Origin: the human T2T-CHM13v2.0 reference genome, Homo sapiens
Assembly (NCBI RefSeq): GCF_009914755.1
Contig: NC_060944.1
Direction: 5' to 3' (one strand)
DNA: 64,000 bases
Positions 30,506-46,733 of this stretch are shown here, piece by piece; position 1 is the first letter of the stretch, and the number at the start of each line of letters is the position of its first letter. The notes beneath the pieces are model-generated. The model ran no database searches. It saw only the letters and a program-made list of their open reading frames with translations, and was not told the DNA's origin. A program made the position numbers and the translations under genes.

Positions 30506-33023
30506 TAATAGCATTTTGTTTTTTAAAAATATTTAATCATCTTTGTCAATGTCTCTTGAATCCTCAGCGTTGACAACGAAGATGTGTCCCTACCCTCTGC
30601 CTCTCAGGCTTGCTAATTGCTGGGTTCTGCTTTCACTTTCACATTGTTGAAGGAGATATTTCCAGTTGTTTTCTGTGCATTATCTGTAGTTCCCTTTTAA
30701 AAGGTGAAGCTGATAAACACTTGTTATGACAGTGTGAACTGGGCTTAATGCTGTGTCAAGCAGTGTGCAAAGATTACATTTCCCTCTCCTCATGTCTTGA
30801 CTTCTGCATCCCTCAAGAGAGAATGAATGTTCGTAAGGTTAAGGTCAAATGGAATGGAGTTTGCTCCTCATATTTCATCAGTTGCTCAAAGGTACTCCCC
30901 ATTTTAGCTTGTGTTCTGTTTGGATCCTGACTTTCTCATGGTGGTTTTTCTGGACTTTTATTAGCTTTCTTTTTCATCCTGGGTATTACATGGCGTGCCT
31001 TCCACTCTGCCCCTGGATTTCTTTTTACAGCCCTGGCTCTTGTGGGCCACAACAGTTCTTGAGGTAGGCTGCTAGGGTTCCCCATTGGAGCCTCTCCATT
31101 CCAGTGTTCCAGGGGGCAGATGAGCTCCTATCCCCACTGGCCTGTCTTGCTGGTGTTCAGGGCCCTGGCTTCCACTTTGCGAGGTCACCTTTCAGGATTC
31201 ATGTGTATCCACTTTGCTGTGTCAGAAACTCCCTACTGCTGACCTCCCTCTCCTCTTTGCTGTCATTAATGGATTCTCATTGTGGGAGATAAACGTGTGC
31301 TCAGCCTAGAATACCACATGATTTTTTTTTACTTGATTCATTGCTTTTGCCTGTTAGCCTTGTTGTTCTAAAGTAGTTCATTTTTCTACTCTACTTTTCC
31401 TTTCCCCTCAATGACCCCCACCCCAAAACTGTGCCTAAATACTATTCATGCAGTCTTTGAGAATCAAACAGGTTCACACTCTTATTCCTGAGTACAGAAA
31501 CTTACCGAATCACACAGCTGGATAAAGCCGGGATTGAAACCCTGGCAGTCTGGTTTCCAGAGCATTCTGGCTTAGCCACTTATGCCATGGTTTGGCAAAA
31601 GTTAGAAACAGCTAATCAGCTAATAAGGGCATGATCACAAGGCATTTTGCTAATAAGTTTTTAAAATATACACTATGGGTGTTTTTTGGTTGTGACAATT
31701 CTTGGGTCCCTATTCATAGGAGCATCCCCCGCACCAATCCCTAGGCACAATCCTGTATCCAGCCTGCTGGACATGACCGTTTATTCCATTTCGTAAACCC
31801 TAAGCATTTGCTCTGCAAACCTCCTCCTGCTTGGTCCTTGCTCTTACTCCTTGTCTGAGAAACATGGTGGCTGAGCTTTGTGACTGCAAGGCAGGGCTCA
31901 TCCTTAGGGTCTACCCTGAGGTATTCTTAGTAGGACTGCTCTTTGATAGGGCAAAGGAGTTTCATGGACCCTTTGAAAATAATTTAGAGGCATTTTCCTT
32001 TGGTTTCTCTGAATGAGCTAAGAACCCCTGATAATAAGGAACTGCTGTGGGCTGATGGTCAGTTCCTCCAGCCCCTCCATTCTAGGAAGGTGTCTGGTAA
32101 AGCAGCTCACTGTGTGGTTGGGGAAGGGAGACAAACTATGAAGTTGTGCCGATTTCTGGGTTTTTTCCCTTACACATGGGATGGTGTGAGATAAAAATCT
32201 GGCAACATAGACGCAGTGTTCATGTCAAGAAAGAGCCACAATAGGTAAGTCCCAAGACTGTTTTCTCAGACCTCATGGAAAAGGAGACCTCTTGGAGAAG
32301 TGAGAAGCAAAACGAGAACAGGTTTATTCACCTTGGACTGGAAAGATAACGCCTTGTAAGCAGTTAGAGGCAACGCTTTTGGATCCAGAGGGGAAAAGGA
32401 TCGCTGCTCCCAGCAACCTGTGCTTCTGCAGCAAATAGCAGAGAAGACAGATCCCGAGTCCCTCTTAAGTGGGTCCAGCAGGGCACGGGGAGGAGAAGCT
32501 TGGCACTCGCCAGGTCCTCCCCATCCAAGACAGAGGAAGTCTTGGTGTCCTGGAAAGGCCAGGCAACCCCTGCCACAGGTTTGATGTCCAGGTGGAGGCA
32601 GCCCCACACAAAGAGCCTCCTCTGCCATGTTTATCGATCTCAGGCGGGAACCAGGGAAGACGTCTCTAAAGTGGTGCCTGCACAGCATCCTGGCCAGTCA
32701 GGAGGAAGCAGCAACCTAAGCCAACTGCCACAGGTTGGCCCTTCCAAACCCCAGCCATGGGAACACCTGGCCCTCCCCACTGTGCTTAGGAACTGAGTGC
32801 TTAGGAAACTAAAGGATGGATTTGGCCACGGGATGGGCCAGAGGTGCTCCAGAGCCAGCTGAGGCACATCAGGCCAAAGTCACCCTGCACTTCCCCTGAG
32901 GCAGCAGTTCCCACCAGGATTCACAAGATTTGGAGTGCTGTCAGAGGAACCGCAGTCATTTATGGCTGTATATTTTGTACTAGAAAAAAGTCACTAGGAA
33001 TTCATGGGTGATATTGCTTAGGA

Positions 33024-33169
33024 CAGTGGTTCTTAAAGTACCGTCAACATCACTTAGCACCTAAGTGCTTAGTAGAAACTACTTCATCAAAAACTCTGGG
33101 AATGAGACCCAGCAACCTTTTAACAACCCATCCAGGTGATGGGATGCATGTTCAATTTGGTGAGCCATG
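33024..33169 (+). mobile_element. MER5A-like hAT relic
   Basis: cagtggttcttaaag...tcaaaaactctggg...ttttaacaacccatccaggtgat. Confidence 0.6.
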
Positions 33170-36100
33170 ACTTAGGATAAAGCTAAGTAAAAGTAAGTAA
33201 GACATAGACGGTAGCAAAAATTGTGAAGATCAGGTTTGAGAACAGTGGTCTAAAGCTTCATGACCACAAAAATTGGAAGGGACCACATTTTAAAGATGTG
33301 AAATTAACAGCTTTACTTTTGTGCAAGAGGTGGCAGAAAAAAGATGAGCTGTGGTAATTAGGGCCCATGGGGCTGAGCATCATCACCCCGGGAGCTATGG
33401 GCCTCGCTGGGCCAAAAATAATGTGGCCCCTGGGCTGCAGAAGTTCTGAGCATTTCCAGTTTTCTTAGCTGAAGTTTGATTCAGCCTTGAACGGTGTTTA
33501 CATTGTACTTGTTCATAAATCCAAGGAACCAGGAAAGAAACTTACTAAGACTCAGAATTTTCAGGCACACATTACAAAGTTGCCAGCACATTTTCAGCCA
33601 CCCACCAGGTGCACATACACTCTGCGTACAGAACAGACACCAGTCAAGAGGTTTGCACAGCAAAAGGGCCAAGCGACTTCCAAACTACAGAGAATCTCAG
33701 GCCATCTGCCTTGGGAGGTCTTTTGGCAGCCATAACAAATAGACTCAAAAAGGCAACTACTACAAAGAACAGAGTCTGAAGAAGTGACGCACAGGATGCT
33801 GACAGACCCTTAGTAGAGATCCTTATTCCAAAGGGGCATCAGCTGCCTGCTAATCCATCCAGGGTCAGGAGGAGATTCCTAGTGAGGCCGCTACTGCAGT
33901 CTAAGGAGTGGGAACAATCACTAGCCAGACTGGAGCAGCCCAGCTCTGAAGAGGAGGGGCTGTCACCTGATCCTGCCTGTGCCCCATCGAGCTCTGGAGA
34001 CCAAGCAAAATCAAAGCTCCAGGCACACCTCAAAGCTCGCTTGACAACTGAAGGAGCCATTGTGTGTGCACTGTAGGTAAGGTCGTGGTAGAGCTGCCTG
34101 GGAAAGGGTGGAAGACACACTAAGATTTATGATTGGATACAGGGCTTGTGGGCAACTTCCAAATTTTTCATAATCTACTTTTAAATTAAAAAACCATCTT
34201 AGGCCAGGCATGGTGACCCATGCCTCCCAGCACTCTGGGAGCCAAAAGTGGGAGGATTGCTTGACCTCAAGTTTGAGACCAGCCTGGGTACACAGTGAGA
34301 CCACATCTCTACAAAAAAAATTTTTGTAATTAGCTGGGCATAATGGCACATACCTGTAGTCCCAGCTATTCAGTAGGCTGAGGCAGGAAGATCAGCCTGA
34401 GCCTGGGAAGTCAAGGCTGCAGTCAGCCATGATCACACTGGTCTGAGCCTGGGTGACAGGGGGACCCTGTCTCCAAAAAACCCCAAACAAAAAATAATTT
34501 TAAAAATTACTGGCTGGGCATGGTGGCTCACACCTACAATCCTGCACTTTGGGAGGCCAAGGCAGGTGGGTTACCTGAGGCCAGGAGTTCGAGACCAGTC
34601 TGGCCAACATGGTGCAACCCTGTCTCTACTAAAAATACAAAATGAGCCTGGTGTGAGGGCACGCACCTGTAATCACAGCTACTCAGGATGAGGCAAGAGA
34701 ATCACTTGAACCTGGGAGGTGGAGGTTGTAGTGAGCTGAGATTGTGCCATTGCACTCCAGCCTGGGGGACAAGACTGAAACTCGGTCTCAAAAAGCAAAA
34801 CAAAATTGCTACTATACATAGACTGCTTTACTGTTGTCATTGCAGACCTGATGTTTGTAGGTTTCAGTGAATGTAAAAGAATGTGTGGATGAACGGTTTT
34901 GTTGTTGTTTTTGAGACAGAGTTTCGCTCTTGTCACCCAGGCTGGAGTGCCATGGTGCAGTCTCGGTTCGCTGCAACCTCAGCCTCCCCAGTAGCTGGGA
35001 TTACAGGTGCCCACCACCACGCCCGGCTAATTTTTAGTAGAGACGGGGTTCCATCATGTTGGCCAGGCTGGTGGTCTTGAACTCCTGACTGCAGCTGAGC
35101 CACTTTACCCGGCCAGATGAATGCATTTTTTAAATATTAAACTTAGGTTAGAAGCACATAATAAAGCTGTACACATCTCCTACAGTTTTCACTAATGAAA
35201 ATTGGGATGCCATTTAAATTACAAAGAAGTCTGAGGAGAATGTCCTACAGACTAGTTTCACATGCACATGCTGTCCTTACATGCTTTGTATACAGACATT
35301 AAACACATCAGTACAGTACACAAAGTAACAAGTTCCACGAACTCAGCACCACAGGAAAGGTTTACAAAAAATCCAAGAAGATGGCTATGCTGCCCATTAA
35401 CAAACTCCCACCTCCTATCTTTGAGTTAGCCATTGCTTCTTAAAACAATGTATCTCTTTAAAAGCCCTATTTAAGAACATTGGCCAACTCCTCCACTCTT
35501 CCCTCTGCTAATCCTGCTCTGATTAAGTGCTTGACAAATCCAGTATTTATTGATTTGGAATTTCAAGTAAGTTTTTTGTTTTTAAGAGCACACAGGCATT
35601 TAAGCCCTTAAACCAGAAGTAGTGATAAATACTGCTGCTTTTTATTGAGGCTGAGTCTCCAACACCTAGGCTATAGTTGCAGTAGCGTGATCTCAGCTCA
35701 CTGCAGCCTTGACCTCGGGCTCAAGTGATTCTTCCACATCAGCCTCCCAAGTAGCTAGGACTACAAGCCCATGGTACCACCATGGTGCCATGCCGGGCTA
35801 GTTTTCTGTTTTTTTTTTTGTTTTGTAGAGATGGGGGTCTCTATGTTGCTCAGGCTGGTTTCAAACTCCCGGGCTCAAGCAGTCCACTCACCGTGGCTTC
35901 CCAAAAGGCTGGGAATACAGGGATGAGCCACCGTGCCCAGCCAGTGGATGCTTCTGACATGTTATGTGCAAACAAAGCCAGACCTCTCGGGCCTCAGGTT
36001 TGCTTCCTGGGATGATCCTATTCTACTGAACTCACACTGATCCCTATAAAGCAAGCAGCAACATCACGCTTTTGGGAAAGGCCAATATCTTTTCCTGTCG

Positions 36101-36884
36101 ATCATACCAATCCCAGGCGCCCTCCTAACAGGAGGGATCCAGACTATGGTGTCCATCACTGAGCATTCACCCAACAAAGCCACTTAAAAAAACAGCTCAG
36201 TAAACTAGATTCAGAAGTGATACTTGTTTGTAAGACCTATCCACATTACTCTGGCTTAAGAAGGCCTGAAAACCCAGAAAAACACCCAGCTATGGGTGAA
36301 AATACTTACAGGTGAATGTTTTAGTCTAGGATTAGCATTAAGATACTTCAGGAAAAAAATAATGGGGAGGATGAGACAAGAACAACAAACTCAAGACAGC
36401 TATGAGGAAATAACCATTACCCGTTAAGTTTTCCCTTTAATGACCATGAGGACAAAGTCATGACAATGCAGTCACCACCCACTTTTTGAAAAAAAAAAAC
36501 AATGCCAATGTGGGAACCGACTGAGTCCCAAGCTTATCTACTGTAGGATCCAAGAGAGAGACAATCTCAGTGTTGGAGAATGCACTGAGAACATAGAGGA
36601 GAAGGCTACAAAGAACACTGAGTATACAAATGCATACAGATAGATGTGTATAGATATATATACACATAGATTTCCTGTCCGCTACAGAGGTCTAGAAACA
36701 ATAACACCCCAGTAGCAGTAAGCCCTCAGAGCATTCAGATCTTGGTTTCTAAATGCTGTCTTCTAGTAGAGGGAACCAGGGCTCCTTAGGAAAATGGCTG
36801 AATCAGGCTAGGCGTGGTGGGTCACGCCTGTAATCTCAGCACTTTGGGGGGCTGAGGCGGGCGGATCATAAGGTGAGAAGTTCA

Positions 36885-37165
<281 letters not shown>

Positions 37166-37641
37166 TCAAGTTAGTCTTCAAAAAATGATGGGGACAAATG
37201 ACAGTTTTTGTGGACATAGAAAAGCCCATCCTAAAATTTATAAGGAATCCTAAGGGACCCTGAATAACCAAAAACAATCTTGAAAACTTAGCTGAAGGAC
37301 TCATAGGTTAAGATTTCAAAATTTACTACAGTAATCAAATCAGTGTGGTACCAGCACAACAACAGACATATAGGAGGCTGGTTGCGGTGGTTCACGCCTG
37401 TAATCCCAGCACTTTGGAGGCTGAGGTGGGAGGATCACTTGAGCCCAGGAGTTCAAGACCAGCCTGAGCAACTTGGTAAAACCTTGTCTCTACAAAAAAA
37501 AAAAGAAAAAATCAGCCAGGCATGGTGACATGGTGACACACGCCTATAGTCCCAGCTACCTGGTAGGCTGTGAGCCAAGACTGCACCACTGCACTCCAGT
37601 CTGGGCAACAGAGTAAGACCCTGTCTCAAAAAAAAAAAAAA

Positions 37642-38031
<390 letters not shown>

Positions 38032-38782
38032 CAAAGGAAGAGAATCCAGAAGTCCTTCCATGTAATTTTTGACAAGGGTGCCAAGACCATTCAATGGGGG
38101 AGGGACAGTCTTTTCACAAATACTGTTGGGAAAACAGTGTGCACTTGCCAAGGAATGAAGCTGGACCCTTACCTAACACCATACACAAAATTAGCTTAAA
38201 ATGGATGAAAGACCTAAATCTAAGACTAAAACTAAAACATGAGGCAAATCCGCAAATCTTCATGAGTTGGACTTAGCAATGTTTTCTTAAGTATGACACC
38301 AGAAACAGGCAACAAAAGAAAGTAATAGACAAACTAGACTTCATCAAAATTAAAACCTTTTTTGCATCAAAAGCTTTTCTGCAAAAAGCTTTTGCAGAAT
38401 GAAAAAACAACTCACAGAATGGGAAGAAAAAAACTGCAAGTCACATCTGTTAAGGGATTAATATCCAGAATACACACAATACTCCTAAAATTCAACAACA
38501 AGCAACATGATTCAAACAAAATGGGCAAGACTTGGACAGACATTTATCCAAAGAAGATAGACAAATGGCCAATAAATACGAAAAGATGTTCAACATCGTT
38601 AGGGAAATGCAAACCAAAACCCCCATGAGATACCACCTCATATCCACTAGGACAGCTACTATTTAACGAAACAATAAACATTGGCGACAATGTGGAGAAA
38701 CTGGAACCATCATGCACTGTTGGAAAGTGATGGCTGCAGTGGGAAACTGGCAGTTCCTCAATATGTTAAAAATAATAGGTCA

Positions 38783-39542
<760 letters not shown>

Positions 39543-41774
39543 TAACAAAGGAGGGAAATTGACATATTACAACACGGATAAACCTTAAGGACATTAGGCT
39601 ATGTAAGATAAACCAGCCACAGAAGGGCAGATACTGTCCATTTATAGGAGGTTCCTAGAGTGAAAATCATAAACAAGTGGTGGTTTCCAGGGGCTGGAAG
39701 GAGCATGCGAGGGGAGTTAGTGTTTCATGGGAACAGTTTAAGTTTTACAAAATGAAAAGTTATGGAGTTGGATTGTGGTGGCTACACATTATGAATAAAC
39801 TGTACACTTAAAAGTAGTTAGCAGTCTGGGCAACATAGCAAGACCTCGACTGTACAAAAAAAAATTAGCTGGGCATGGATGTGCACACCTGTAGTCTCAG
39901 CTATTCGGGAGGCTGAGGTAGGAGGAAAGCCCAGGAGAGCAAGGTTGCAGTGAGCCAGGATCACACTGCTGCACTCCAGCCTGGATGACAGATTGGGATG
40001 CTGTTTTAAAAAAAAAAAAAAAAAAGTGGTTAATAGGATGGTAAATTTTCTATGTGTCTTACCACAATTTTTTACAATTTTAAGATGGAAACATGCCAAA
40101 AGGACACAAGAGTCACCTTGACAGGTCTTCTGATGTCCAAATTTGAAGTAATTTGAACATCAAATAAATGGTTGCAATGGATTGCGACCCAGACTAGGAG
40201 TCCATTAGCTGACACACTGCATCAATGGGGAGGGAAGGCGCCTCCATGCAGGGGCAGGGTGTCGGCAGAAGGAACATTGGACATGGAAGCTCATGGATGG
40301 GCAGTGGTGGTGGATTCACATGGAAGTTGTAAGTGAAGGACAAGGATGGAGGGTAGAGGTCTGAAGAGGAACAGGCTGGTCATGTGCTTTGAGGATGCCT
40401 CCCCACAAAATACTCCTTGATTACCAAGAGACATAGTGTGACCTGACTGACAGTGGAGCAATCTGCCTGGGTCACCAAGGTTAACAAACTGTATGCCCCT
40501 GGAGTGACATACAGAGAAGAGCGCAGCATTTCTGTGGCTTTCCTGCCACAAAAGTGCTGCCTAGGTCTGGTCACCATCATCCAGACCCAGGCTGAGGGTG
40601 TACTACAGAGAGGTCTGCGGGCTTCACCCCACTAGGACGTGAAACACAGATGCCGAGAGGACTGATGCAGACAGCAGGAGAAAACTAAAGGCAACACACA
40701 CCTCTTGACAGGGACCCTGGACCAGGAAAGGACAAGACACTGTTGGGACAGCTGGCGAGATCTGCATGGGGTCCATGGACTGGATGCAGTGTTCACTCCC
40801 TGACTTGGGGGAATATCTAAATTTTGAAGAGAGAGGGAGACCAGGGGAGACAATGTACACATAATTTCAGTAAAATGTACCTTTTATCTGTGAAATTATT
40901 TTAAAATAAAATTTTAAAAGTTAAAGGACTAGGTGCAGTGACTCACACCTGCAATCCCAGCACTTTGGGAGGATGAGATGACAGGATCACTTGAACCCAG
41001 TTGGACTGGCCTGGGCAATGTAGTGAGACCCTCTCTCTTAAAAAAAAAAAAATATCATTAGCCAGGAATGGTGTCATGTGCCTGTAGTCCCAGCTACTCA
41101 GGAAACTGAGGTGGGAGAATCACCTGAGCCCAGTCAAGGCTGCAGTGAGCTGTGATCATGCCACTACACTCCAGTGTGGGTGACAGAGCAGGACACTGTC
41201 TTTAAAAAAAAAAGTAGTAAAGAAAGGCTATATACTGCTGGGTGCAGTGGCTCACACCTGTAATCCCAACACTCTGGGAAGTCAAGGCAGGAGGATCGCT
41301 TGAGGCCACTGCAACCCAGCCTGGGTAACAGAGCAAGCTACTGTCTCAAAAAGGAAAAAAAAAGCTATATTGTAATGTCTTACTATGCAAAGCTACTCAT
41401 GAAAAACTTAAGCCAGGCGCAGTGGCTCACACCTGTAATCCCAGCACTTTGGGAGGCCGAGGTGGCCAGATCACTTGAGGTCAGTTCGAGACCAGCCTGG
41501 CCAACATGGTGAAATCCCATCTCTACTAAAAATACAAAAATTGGCCAAGCGCACTGGCACGTGCCTATGATCCCAGCTACTCAGGAGGGAGGCTGAGACA
41601 AGAGAATTGCCTGAACCCGGGAAGAGGAGGTTGCAGTGATTCCAGATTGCACCACTGCACTCCAGCCTGGGTGACAGAGCCAGACTCCATCTCAAAAAAA
41701 TAAAAATAAAAAGAAGAAAAACTTACTACTGTTTTTGAACTATAATTTTTTATTGTAATATTTTTAACACTTAA

Positions 41775-42079
<305 letters not shown>

Positions 42080-42838
42080 TGATCCACCTGCCTCGGCCCC
42101 CCAAAGTGCTGGGATTACAGGTGTGAGCCACTGCGCCCGGCCCAGAATGAATTTTTATAAATAGTCGAAGACACAAAAGATCACACTGGTCGGCTTCCAG
42201 TGTCGCCGCCAGCAAGTACGCTCCCTGCGAAAGTGCATCAAGTCAGGGCCCCAGGCTCAGCTTCTCTAAGAACCTTCAGTCTGGGGGAGGGTTGTGATGT
42301 GAGTCACAGGTCCATGAATTCTTTTTTTGTTGTTTTTAAAGACGTAAAGACACTTTTTCTCCTTTCACTGCTTTTCTCCTCAAAATGTTGCATTTCCTTC
42401 TGCCCTTAGTGTTTTCCATAACCTTCTGATCACTTTCAGTTATTCCGGCAGTACAATCATAGGCTGGCTTTACAGTGAAGCCTTTATAATCTTCTTCCAC
42501 TTCTTCTAAAATTAAAAAATGAAAACCAACTAGCCCAACCCTCAACCAGGCTGGAACGCATGTCCTCCTCAGTGCTCAGTTATGGTGAGAGATGAGGATG
42601 CCCTGGGAAGTGTCCGGCAGTCTCCTCTCAGCTCCTTGGGGTCATTTCTTTGGGTAGCAATGTCAGGTCTGGACGGGGCACAAGTCCCTACATCCAGGTA
42701 CCCAACATGCCTCTGAGGCAGCAACGCTTCCCAGAGGGGCTGGCCCTGGTCCCCCCACGACGAGCTTCCATCCCCTTACTCACATCTTCCCTTATTTTAG
42801 TTACTGCTCAACAGGACCAAACACTTCATTAGTAGCTG

Positions 42839-42844
42839 TTTATT
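42839..42844 (-). terminator. STAU1 distal poly(A) signal AATAAA
   Basis: TTTATT on +; GU-rich GTGTTTGGT just downstream on the - strand. Confidence 0.8.
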
Positions 42845-43020
42845 GATCAATGGTTTGATATAAAGTTATTTCAGATCTTCAGACTTTTGCCCAGATGGAA
42901 TCACAAGCATTACAAAGTTTTTTCTTAAAAATAAAAAAAGGATAGGGGCAAGTTGGGAGGGGACCAACCTAGCAGTAGTGGCATTTGAGAATAAATTAAC
43001 AAAAAAATTTAGTATTACCA

Positions 43021-43026
43021 TTTATT
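43021..43026 (-). terminator. STAU1 proximal candidate poly(A) signal AATAAA
   Basis: TTTATT on +; U-rich TTTTTTTGTT downstream on the - strand. Confidence 0.6.
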
Positions 43027-44362
43027 GATGACAAACACTTAAGTTTTACTTACATTCCATGGGGAGAAAAATTCCAGCGTAAACAATGAATGGAAGCAGT
43101 ACTTAACTCGCAGGGCTACCAGGCTTTCCATACGGACCACACGCAGAGCCTCAGTGCACACACTTCTGTGTACAGTAACACAACATCAAAAGCAACACAG
43201 CTGTATACAGAAACGTAGGTCATTCTTTTCAGCCCTAATGGAGATGTAATTAACAGTATCGAGCACTCTGGAAAATCACTCTGCAGGTTTATATGGACTA
43301 CATGGAGATCATATCCTGTAGTGTAGTGAAAGCTAAGTCCTCAAGAGCCATATGTATAGATACACAATGTTTTTTAATAATCTTTAAAACAGAGATCAAA
43401 GTTCATTTAAGTCCTGTTTGCATTAACAAAAATAAAAATGAAATAAAAATGGAACCAAATGATCATCTAAAGTTTAAAATTCCTAAATTGTCCAATTTAT
43501 ACAACTGTGGGAGACTTATTCAAGGTTTTTGAAAGTCCAGGACTGTTTCAGCTGAACCAGAGGGCACACAATTTGCATCACTGAAACTGTCCTGGGTTAG
43601 TCAATGAAATAAAAATGTCTAACCACATACACATGGATATGATCTTTGTCGGTTAGATTATTGATAAAGTCAGTCTCAGACAAGTTTCCAAACTGTGCTA
43701 TTTAACTAGATACAATTGAGAAATTCTCAAATGAAAATTTTATATAGTGTCATATCAATCAAAAGAAAATAATGAAACTAAGAATACAGATCACTGTTGG
43801 AAGAGAAAGCAGTGGTGATGGTGTGGGTACTGCAGGAGGTGGTGGGGCCGTGGCACACTAGAAAAGTTGGGTCACGCTGAGTAGGAAGCATTTGATTTTC
43901 TCTGGTGCTTTTAGCTCTGGGGCCGGTCAAAGGCCTCTCTCTGGCATGGCTGTCCAGGGTTTGTCCCAATGTGTCTGAGTGAGCCAGCTTGAGAAGGGGT
44001 CGTGCCGTTTCTTCTTTCACACAGGGGAAAAAAAAGACCAAACACGGAGGTGCCCAGGGTGTGGATCTGCTGGTGTCCCGGGAGAACCAGCTGGCTGGGC
44101 AGCCCTTCTTCCCCACAGGCAGCTGCTATTGCGTAGGGACCGCCAGGTCACCGAGTGGCCATCACAACAAACCCCAGCACAGTCCAGCCCGGCCACAGCC
44201 GCCTCCTTGTGTTTCTGTTGTCTTCCCTGCTGCTGCCCACATCCTTTACCCACCGTGTCTCTCGGCCCACTGGAGGTATCAGAAATTCCAAATTTTCAAA
44301 GCAGTTTCAGTATTTTCAGTATATATGTTGGGATTTTATAATGGTTCATGGCCAGAAAAGGT

Positions 44363-44378
44363 TCAGCACCTCCCACAC
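44363..44378 (-). CDS. STAU1: STAU1 last exon, coding part ((V)CGRC*)
   Basis: ttccttaaag|G TGT GGG AGG TGC TGA. Confidence 0.95.
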
Positions 44379-44756
44379 CTTTAAGGAAGAAAAATGAAAA
44401 TGACACTAGTTTTGAAATGTAAGAGAATTAAAGTACTGTTAAAAATGAAAAGAAATTGGCAAACATCAGGAAGTACAATACTAAAAGCCCCAGTTTATGA
44501 TAACAAAAGTTTTCCCAGGGTATGCCAGTAAGTAAAATACGCAAGGAGAGTGTGTGTACTTATCTCTGTGGGGGGAAAGGAAGAAAATGAGGGAAGAAAT
44601 ATATGTCTATATTTGTATAAAGAAACATACAGGAAAGATACAGGAGAAACTAGTAAAAATGTGATCTATGGGGGAGGCGGTGGGGAGAATAGGAGGGATG
44701 GGATGGGGGCTGTCCGAGGGGAAGATTGTACCTTGTAAAATAATGCAGAGTTCTGA

Positions 44757-45098
<342 letters not shown>

Positions 45099-45266
45099 TA
45101 AAAGTAGAGCTTTCTGCCCAGAGAATCTGGAAAACTTTCAGGCAAAAGGGCCAGAAAGTAACTCAGGCAAATATTTCCCCGCTGAGTCAGCAGATAGTGT
45201 AAACTCAACACAAACGAGGGGCAGCCTCCCCATCATCAGCGCCTTCCCCTTCATCAGTGCACTCAC

Positions 45267-45352
45267 ACAGACATTGGTCCGTTTCCTGTTCTTGGCATCT
45301 CTGTACTTTGTTGGTCCAACTCAGACAGCAACTTTAAGATGTTCAGCGCAGC
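45267..45352 (-). CDS. STAU1: STAU1 exon (AALNILKLLSELDQQSTEMPRTGNGPMSV), 86 nt
   Basis: cccactag|GCT ... GT|gtgagt. Confidence 0.96.
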
Positions 45353-45637
45353 CTAGTGGGGATGGAAAGAAGGGTAAAGCCACAGCCACCGCTTGGGACC
45401 ACAGCATAATACACTGGTCAGGCAGGCAAGAGAGTTCCTGCTGCCCAGCAAACAGGTGGCAACTTCTTCAACTCTGGTACTACTAAATAAAACTTTGAAT
45501 TTTTAATTTAAAATACAAATTAAAAAATATTCAGTTACCTCACTGAATCATAACCTCTGAAAATGTTATATTTTTCCTTCTAGTATTTTTAACCATGTGG
45601 TAACCAGACTGTATAAATGTTATATCCTGCTTTCTAA

Positions 45638-46042
<405 letters not shown>

Positions 46043-46610
46043 TGAACTCCTGAGCTCAGGTGATCCGCCTGCCTCAGCCTCCCGCAGTGCTGGGATTAGT
46101 GTGAGCCACCACACCCCACCCAGAGACATTAATTTCATGCATGCATGACATCCCATCAAGTGAATACATCACAGTTTACTTAGATTTGTTGATCTGATCA
46201 ATTCCTTTTCTCAGTTTTCTTATAACAATAATTTCATCTGAACAGAAGACCAAAGCAAGTGGTTTTTACAGCTGCCAGAACGTGGACCTGCAATTCCTTG
46301 TTCTGGTGAGAGATGAAGTGAGTGCAGTCTCTGGGTGAGCTGCAGGATCCCAGTTGCCCCTCCAGGCCAGCAGGGAAAAGGAAGGGAAAGGTGGGCTAAA
46401 GCTGATGAGTTCTGATCAAGAGTGAGAAATCGATCCAATCAGCTATGACAAAAAGTCTTCAAAAATATGAACACTATCAAACGATTCATTGCTCTCAAGG
46501 TCTATGGGACAATCTTTCTCCCATCTTCCTCAGGCTAGTAACAAGCTGAACCAAGGCAGGCTCCACATAAACACACAACACCCCAATCCCTCACCCAAGG
46601 TGTGACGTAC

Positions 46611-46733
46611 CATATCATGGCAGGACTCCACATCCTTGCCGATACCATGGCTGATCAGAGGTGGCTGAGAGGAGCAATTGATAAGAGATACAAATTCGTT
46701 CTTGTTGTTTTTGGGGAAGTCTTTGTATTCAAC
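46611..46733 (-). CDS. STAU1: STAU1 exon ([25 protein letters not shown]...SCHDM), 123 nt
   Basis: cccccttag|GTT ... ATG|gtacgt. Confidence 0.96.

Larger units (their letters stand above)
42820..44362 (-). other. STAU1: STAU1 3'UTR (~1.5 kb, no repeat recognised)
   Basis: unique sequence from the stop to AATAAA; 3' end is approximate. Confidence 0.85.

Noticed and set aside
32241-32270. Perfect + strand donor TAG|GTAAGT followed by ttttctcag
   Set aside because: The 25-nt spacing is too short for an intron and no upstream exon or promoter is evident
33882-34082. + strand 64-aa ORF ending at TAG|GTAAGG
   Set aside because: Non-ATG start, no clear acceptor and no recognisable homology
43778-44397. 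Overlapping 78-131 aa ORFs on both strands
   Set aside because: GC-rich proximal STAU1 3'UTR; no recognisable protein and mostly non-ATG starts
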